From assembly GCA_963779755.1 (NCBI GenBank), contig CAVZZO010000001.1, forward strand, positions 2,240,001 to 2,304,000: a DNA stretch of 64,000 nt. Direction: 5' to 3'. Position 1 is the first letter of the stretch. Each line of letters begins with the position of its first letter. Below the pieces are notes generated by a model. That model did no database searches. It was not told where the DNA came from and worked only from the letters and a program-made list of their open reading frames with translations. Both the position numbers and the translations under genes were made by a program. The DNA comes from an uncultured Gemmatimonadales bacterium. GTDB taxonomy: Bacteria > Gemmatimonadota > Gemmatimonadetes > Gemmatimonadales > GWC2-71-9. Of the stretch, positions 58,467 through 64,000 are shown one piece after another.

Positions 58467-60932
58467 ATGCCCGGCCGCCGGGGACGCGTCGCCTGGGTGG
58501 CGGCGGTGCTGGTGGCCCTGCTCTTCCTGGGCCGCTGGACCACCGTGCTGCTCTCCGAGTACTGGTGGGCCCGGTCCATCTCCGAGGCCGCCGCCGCCTT
58601 CCTTGCGCGCTGGCATCTCATCAGGATTCTGCTTGACCTTGCCGGCATCGCGGTGGCCTCCGCCTGGTTCGTCGGCAACCTCCTCGTGGTGTACCGCGCC
58701 ATCGGCTCGGTGCAGGTGCCCCGCCAGCTGGCCAATCTCGAAATCCGCGAAGCGCTGACGCCGCGCGTCCTGGTGACCATCACCGTGGTCATCGGCGTCC
58801 TCCTCGGAATCGCCGCCGGCTCCGGCCTGGGGGCGCTCACCCGGGCCGTGATGCTGGCCTGGCATGGCGTGCACTACGGTCTGAGCGATCCCCTGCTGGA
58901 GCTCGACCTGGGGCTGTACGTGGGCCAGCTGCCGCTCTGGCGCCAGTTGCACTCGTTCTCCCTGCTGCTGGCGCTGCTGGGCTTCGGCACCGTCATCCTG
59001 AGTTATGTCCTGGTGGGCTCGGTGCGCTGGGTCTCCGGGCGGCCGGCCGTGAGCGACCACGCCAGGCGGCATCTCGGCTGGTTGCTGGCGCTGCTGGCGC
59101 TGCTGATCGTGTGGGGCTACCGGTTGGAGCCTTACGAGATGGTCGCCGGGCTGGACGGCATTTTCCGGAGCGGACAGGCGCAACTGCGGATCGTCGTCGC
59201 CCAGGTGCTGACCGGCGCCGGGCTGGCGGCGGCGCTGCTGTCCGCCTGGTGGGCCATACGTCCGCGCCACGCGCTCCTGGTCGCCGGGTGGGCGGTGCTG
59301 GTGCTCGCCTCCATCACCGGGCACCACATCCTGCCTCTCCTGCTGCAGAATCCCGGCGCCGCGATGCTGGCACCGCGCCAGCGCGTCCAGCTCGAAGAGC
59401 TGGCGTTCGGCCTGGGCGGAATGGAGGACACCACGCTGGGCTCCGGCGGCCTGCCGGGGCCGCCGGAGCATCCGGCACTCTGGGATCTCAGCAGCGTGGG
59501 CCAGCTCGGCGCCGGTGATTCCAGCGAGGTGGTGAGCGCCAACCCCGCGTCCCTCACGCTGCAGGGCCGGCGTCGCCCGGCCTGGCTGGTGCTTCGCTCT
59601 CTTCCCAACGGGCGCAGCCGCCTGCTGGCGGTGGCGGACGACCGGGTCACCGCCAACGGGGGCCCGCTCACCTACCGCCCCGCCGACTCGCTGGCGTATC
59701 CCGGTGTGCGCGCGTTTGTGGACCTGCCGCTCGCTGCCGTGCGCCCCGGCGGGCCGGAACATGCCCTGGTCCAGGAGGGCAGCCGTGGGGTTCCGGTGGG
59801 TGGCTGGGGGCGGCGGCTGGTGCTGGCCTGGGCACGGCAGGCCGGCGCGCTGCTTGGTGCAGTGCCCCGCGGCGACCGCCTGGTGTGGCACCTGAACCCG
59901 CAGGAGCGGCTGCAGCGCGTCGCGCCGTTCGTGGAATGGGGAGCGCCTCGCGCGCTGGTGGTGGAGGGGGCACCGGTCTGGTACAGCGAGGGGCTGGTGG
60001 TCTCCGCTACCTTCCCGCTCATCGAGCGCGTGGAATGGCAGGACCAGTCCCTGGGGGCGGTGCGGGCCGGCTTTCTCGGCACCATCGATGCCCTCACGGG
60101 ACAAACCCACATCTATCTGCGCCCCGGCCCGGATCCGCTCTCCCGCGCCTGGGCCGAGGCGGCGGGGCCCGTGGTCGAACCGGCGTCCGCGATCCCCGGG
60201 GCGCTGGCCGACGTGCTGCCGTATCCACTGGAGCTGTTTCAGCTGCAGGCGCGGGTGCTGCAGCGGCCCCAGTGGGTGGATGCCAGGCTGGCCGGCCGCG
60301 GCGACGGGGATCGCGAGGCGCGCGTCCAGGAGAACAGCTGGCTCCCCGACGGGAGCGGGCCGCGCTGGATTCTGGGCTTCCAGAACGAAGACCAGCGGCA
60401 TCTCGTTGCCTTGGTGTCCGCCTCGGAGGAGGACGGGTTCGGCCGGCTCACGCTGCGCCGGCTCACGGTGTCCAGCGCGCTGCCCGACCCCGGCAAGCTG
60501 GTGGAGCGCTGGCGGCGGTTCGCAACCTGGGAGCAGCTGAGCGATTCGCTCCGCGCGGCGGGCGTCACCGAGCAGGTGGGGCCGGTGCGCTGGTGGGTGA
60601 GCCCCGCCGGCGCCGGCGCCTACCAGGCGATCTTCGGCCGGGGGCCGGCGCGGCAGATCGCGCTCGCCTGGGTAAATGTCGCCGAGGGCGAACGGCAGGG
60701 CGCCGGGCGCACCACGCTGGAGGCCTGGCGCAATCTGCAGGGCGAATCGGCGCCGATCGTGCCCACCCTGCCCACCGGGCGGCTGGCCGAGGCGGAGCAA
60801 TGGATGCGGCTGGTCGATTCCGCCATGCAGCAGGGCGACTGGGCGCTCTTCGGCCGGGCGCTGGAATCGCTGCGGCAGGTCCTGTTGCCGGGCGCGGCGC
60901 CCGACAGCGGCGTGCGTCTTCCGCCCCATTGA
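58467..60932 (+). CDS. UPF0182-like membrane protein
   Basis: Multi-TM N-terminus with DPLLELDLGLYV..LP and ARRHL; ERLQRVAPF; IDALTG...Y...DP; YP.ELF..Q; C-terminal AMQQGDWALFG...L. Confidence 0.78.
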   Translation: MPGRRGRVAWVAAVLVALLFLGRWTTVLLSEYWWARSISEAAAAFLARWHLIRILLDLAGIAVASAWFVGNLLVVYRAIGSVQVPRQLANLEIREALTPRVLVTITVVIGVLLGIAAGSGLGALTRAVMLAWHGVHYGLSDPLLELDLGLYVGQLPLWRQLHSFSLLLALLGFGTVILSYVLVGSVRWVSGRPAVSDHARRHLGWLLALLALLIVWGYRLEPYEMVAGLDGIFRSGQAQLRIVVAQVLTGAGLAAALLSAWWAIRPRHALLVAGWAVLVLASITGHHILPLLLQNPGAAMLAPRQRVQLEELAFGLGGMEDTTLGSGGLPGPPEHPALWDLSSVGQLGAGDSSEVVSANPASLTLQGRRRPAWLVLRSLPNGRSRLLAVADDRVTANGGPLTYRPADSLAYPGVRAFVDLPLAAVRPGGPEHALVQEGSRGVPVGGWGRRLVLAWARQAGALLGAVPRGDRLVWHLNPQERLQRVAPFVEWGAPRALVVEGAPVWYSEGLVVSATFPLIERVEWQDQSLGAVRAGFLGTIDALTGQTHIYLRPGPDPLSRAWAEAAGPVVEPASAIPGALADVLPYPLELFQLQARVLQRPQWVDARLAGRGDGDREARVQENSWLPDGSGPRWILGFQNEDQRHLVALVSASEEDGFGRLTLRRLTVSSALPDPGKLVERWRRFATWEQLSDSLRAAGVTEQVGPVRWWVSPAGAGAYQAIFGRGPARQIALAWVNVAEGERQGAGRTTLEAWRNLQGESAPIVPTLPTGRLAEAEQWMRLVDSAMQQGDWALFGRALESLRQVLLPGAAPDSGVRLPPH

Positions 60933-60994
60933 GGCGGCTTGTTCCCCCTCTGGGCCGGCACTAGGTTCCCGGCCTCTCGCGCCGGAGCCGAACG

Positions 60995-61945
60995 ATGACG
61001 GCAGGACGCACCGCGGTCGTGGCCCTCGGCGGCAATGCGTTGGCGCGCTCGGGCGAGCCCGCCACGATCACCAACCAGTTCCGCCACACCCGCGAGAGTC
61101 TGGACCCGATCGTCGCGCTGGTGCGGGAAGGGTGGCGGGTGGCGCTGGTGCACGGGAACGGGCCGCAGGTGGGCGACGAGCTGGCCCGCAACGAGCTGGC
61201 GCGCGGCGTGGTGGAGCCGCTACCCCTGGGGGTGCTGGTCGCGGGGACCGCCGGCTGGATCGGCTACATGATCCAGCAGTCGCTGCAGAACGCGCTGGCG
61301 CGCGCCGGCATCAGCCGCGACGTCGTGACCCTGGTGACGCAGACGCTGGTCGATCCGGACGACGCGGCGCTGGCGGAGCCGAGCAAACCGATCGGGCACG
61401 CGGTGTCTCCGGATGAAGCCGCGCGGCTGCGAGGGCTCGGCCTCCCCCTGGCGCAGGATGCCCGGGGCCGCTGGCGCCGGCTGGCCGCGAGCCCGGCGCC
61501 CCTCGCCATTCCGGAGGCGGCCGTCATCGGGCGCCTGGTGGCGGACGGCACCATCGTCGTCGCCGGCGGCGGCGGCGGGCCGCCGGTGTACCGCGATCCG
61601 GTGCTCGGGCTGGAAGGCCTGGACGCGGTGGTGGACAAGGACCGGCTGGCCGCCGTGCTGGCGGCCGGCCTGGGAGCGGACGTGCTTCTGATCCTGACCG
61701 ACGTAGACGCGGTCTACCGGGGGTACGGAACGCCGGCGGAGGCGCCCATCCGGCGGCTCACGCTGGCGGAGGCCGACGCCCTGTTGCAGGGCTCGGAGCT
61801 GGCCGGCGGCAGCATGCGGCCCAAGGTCCAGGCCGCCGCCGATTTCGTACGGGGCGGAGGCGCGCGGGCGGTGATCGCGCACCTGGCCGATGGCCTGGCC
61901 GCCCTTCGCCATGAGGCGGGAACTCTGATCACGAGGGAAACGTGA
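60995..61945 (+). CDS. arcC: Carbamate kinase
   Basis: [47 protein letters not shown]. Confidence 0.93.
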   Translation: MTAGRTAVVALGGNALARSGEPATITNQFRHTRESLDPIVALVREGWRVALVHGNGPQVGDELARNELARGVVEPLPLGVLVAGTAGWIGYMIQQSLQNALARAGISRDVVTLVTQTLVDPDDAALAEPSKPIGHAVSPDEAARLRGLGLPLAQDARGRWRRLAASPAPLAIPEAAVIGRLVADGTIVVAGGGGGPPVYRDPVLGLEGLDAVVDKDRLAAVLAAGLGADVLLILTDVDAVYRGYGTPAEAPIRRLTLAEADALLQGSELAGGSMRPKVQAAADFVRGGGARAVIAHLADGLAALRHEAGTLITRET

Positions 61946-63081
61946 ATCTCTACGAGTACCAGGGGCGGGAGCTGTTCACCGCCGGCGGCATTGCGATGCC
62001 GGACGGCGATGTGGCGGCGACCCCCGACGAAGCGGAAGCCATCGCCCGCCGGCTGGGCGGGACGGTGGTCATCAAGGCGCAGGTACATGCCGGCGGGCGG
62101 GGCAAGGCGGGCGGCGTCAAGCTGGCGAAGACGCCGGCCGAGGCGCGGGAGCACGCCGGCCGCATCCTGGGCATGACCATCAAGGGACTGGTGGTGCGGC
62201 GGGTGCTGGTGGTGCCCGCGGCGGATATCGCCAGCGAGGCCTATGCCGGCATCGTAATGGACCGCGAGAGCCAGCGCCCGGTGTTCATGGTGAGCGCCGC
62301 GGGCGGTGTGGACATCGAGGAAGTGGCGGCAAAGACTCCGGAGAAGATCACCCGGCTGCCGGTGGATCCGCGCTACGGGCTCCTGCCGCATCAGGCGATG
62401 GGGCTGGCCTTTACGCTGTACCAGGACATCAGGCAGGTCCGGGCCGCGGCCCGCATCCTGGAGCAGCTGTACGGGGTCTTCACCGCGAACGGCGCGTCGC
62501 TCACCGAGATCAACCCGCTCGTCACCACGCCGGACGGCGCGGTGCTGGCGCTCGACGCCAAGGTGGTGATCGACGACAACGAGCTGGACCGCCGGCCCGA
62601 TCTGGCCGCCTTGCGCGACGAAGAGGCCGAGGAGCCGAGCGAGGTGGAGGCACGGGGGGCCGGCCTCACGTTCATCAAGCTCACCGGCAACGTGGGCTGC
62701 GTGGTGAACGGGGCGGGGCTGGCCATGGCCACCATGGACCTGGTGAAGTACTACGGCGGCGAGCCCGCCAACTTCCTGGATATCGGCGGCAGCTCCAATC
62801 CGGAGAAGGTGGTGAGCGCGCTGCGGATCATCACCGCCGACACCGACGTGAAGGCCATTCTCTTCAATATCTTCGGCGGGATTACGCGAACCGACGACGT
62901 GGCCAACGGGATCGCGGCCGCGCTCAAGCAGATCGAGGTCAAGGTGCCCATCGTGGTGCGGCTCACCGGGACCAACGAAGCCGAGGCGGTGAAAATCCTC
63001 CAGGGCATCGGCATGACGGCCCTCAACGATATGGACGACGCGGTCAAGCAGGTGGTCCGGGTCGCGCAGGAGGCCGCATGA
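61942..63081 (+). CDS. sucC: Succinyl-CoA synthetase beta subunit
   Basis: [44 protein letters not shown]. Confidence 0.98.
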   Translation: MNLYEYQGRELFTAGGIAMPDGDVAATPDEAEAIARRLGGTVVIKAQVHAGGRGKAGGVKLAKTPAEAREHAGRILGMTIKGLVVRRVLVVPAADIASEAYAGIVMDRESQRPVFMVSAAGGVDIEEVAAKTPEKITRLPVDPRYGLLPHQAMGLAFTLYQDIRQVRAAARILEQLYGVFTANGASLTEINPLVTTPDGAVLALDAKVVIDDNELDRRPDLAALRDEEAEEPSEVEARGAGLTFIKLTGNVGCVVNGAGLAMATMDLVKYYGGEPANFLDIGGSSNPEKVVSALRIITADTDVKAILFNIFGGITRTDDVANGIAAALKQIEVKVPIVVRLTGTNEAEAVKILQGIGMTALNDMDDAVKQVVRVAQEAA

Positions 63082-63956
63082 GCATCTTCATCGACGCGAA
63101 CACCCGGCTGGTGGTGCAGGGCATCACGGGGCGGGACGGTTCCTTCCACACCCGGCAGATGATCGACTACGGGACCAGGGTCGTCGCCGGCGTGACCCCC
63201 GGGAAGGGCGGCCAGAAGGTGCTGGACGGCGTGCCGGTCTTCGATACCGTGGCTCAGGCGGTGAAGGAAACCGGGGCGAACACTTCGGTCATCTACGTAC
63301 CCGCCGCCTTCGCCGCCGCGGCCATCTATGAGGCCGCCGACGCCGGGATCGGATTCATCGTCTGCATCACCGAGGGCGTGCCGGTCATGGACATGACCCG
63401 GGTGATGCCCTACCTGCGGGAGCGGAACGTCCGCCTGCTGGGGCCCAACTGCCCCGGACTCATCACGCCGGGCGTCTGCAAGGTCGGCATTATTCCCGGC
63501 AATATCTGCGCGCGGGGACGCGTGGGGCTGGTCTCGCGCAGCGGAACGTTGACCTACGAAGTCGTGAACCAGCTCACCCGGGCCGGCATCGGGCAGAGCA
63601 CCTGCGTCGGCATCGGCGGCGATCCCATCATCGGGACCAATTTCATCGATTGTCTGTCCGGCTTCGAAGGGGATCCCGGTACCGACGCCGTGGTCATGAT
63701 CGGGGAAATCGGCGGGACGGACGAGCAGAAGGCGGCGGAGTTCGTCAAGTCTTCAATGAAGAAGCCGGTGGTCGGCTTCATCGCCGGCCAGACCGCGCCC
63801 AAGGGGCGGCGAATGGGCCATGCCGGCGCCATCATCAGCGGATCGTCCGGCACCGCGGAAGAGAAGATCGCGGCCTTCGAAGCGGCCGGGATCGGGGTCA
63901 TGAAGCGGCCGGCGGATGTGGTGGAATTGATCAGGGCGGTGAGCGGTAAGCGGTAA
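63078..63956 (+). CDS. sucD: Succinyl-CoA synthetase alpha subunit
   Basis: [34 protein letters not shown]. Confidence 0.98.
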   Translation: MSIFIDANTRLVVQGITGRDGSFHTRQMIDYGTRVVAGVTPGKGGQKVLDGVPVFDTVAQAVKETGANTSVIYVPAAFAAAAIYEAADAGIGFIVCITEGVPVMDMTRVMPYLRERNVRLLGPNCPGLITPGVCKVGIIPGNICARGRVGLVSRSGTLTYEVVNQLTRAGIGQSTCVGIGGDPIIGTNFIDCLSGFEGDPGTDAVVMIGEIGGTDEQKAAEFVKSSMKKPVVGFIAGQTAPKGRRMGHAGAIISGSSGTAEEKIAAFEAAGIGVMKRPADVVELIRAVSGKR

Positions 63957-64000
63957 GCGGTGAGCGGGCGCGCACCTCCACCTTCGGTGCGTGCCCGCTC
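63936..64000 (+). repeat. (GCGGTRA)4 array overlapping the sucD stop, followed by a hairpin running off the window
   Basis: GCGGTGA GCGGTAA GCGGTAA GCGGTGA; then GAGCGGGCGCGCACC...GGTGCGTGCCCGCTC. Confidence 0.9.

Noticed and set aside
57948..60929. Long antisense or alternative-frame ORFs (for example 993 aa here; also 37043-39079, 9605-11554, 31817-33694)
   Set aside because: They shadow well-supported genes, have Arg/Pro/Gly/Ala-rich low-information translations, and are expected from stop-codon scarcity at high GC.

Overview
GC-rich (roughly 70%) bacterial chromosome segment that is almost entirely core or housekeeping genes. Gene content and order suggest Gemmatimonadota (inference). 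Left end: a partial lipoprotein gene, then a four-gene coupled operon of an ECF sigma factor, a membrane-anchored glycogen-binding (CBM48-like) putative anti-sigma, a secreted helical protein and an outer-membrane barrel fused to a CBM48-like domain. Next come PBP1A, a lytic transglycosylase, pepA and a plug-domain OM receptor. These are followed by yicC-gmk-rpoZ-coaBC-udg-dnaB-radA-ispD-tsaC-ptp-aroE-comF-gap-pgk-tpiA-secG-carA-hup-moaDEA-trmL, a Bor lipoprotein and mdh-sdhCAB. After that lie an OM barrel/LVIVD lipoprotein pair, two M1 peptidases flanking an acid phosphatase, dcd, a full nuoA-N operon with a Rex-like operator, PMM/PGM, a UPF0182 protein, carbamate kinase and sucCD. I found no rRNA, tRNA, CRISPR array, transposase or prophage. 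The strongest unexplained signal is non-coding: about 12 intergenic loci carry 7-, 8- or 8/9-bp tandem arrays. Many start at or supply stop codons, often pair a purine-rich arm with a complementary pyrimidine-rich arm, and are sometimes nested. The second highlight is the ECF/CBM48 putative trans-envelope alpha-glucan signalling operon. Many ORF-track starts were corrected by eye. Family assignments come from motif recognition, not from database searches.
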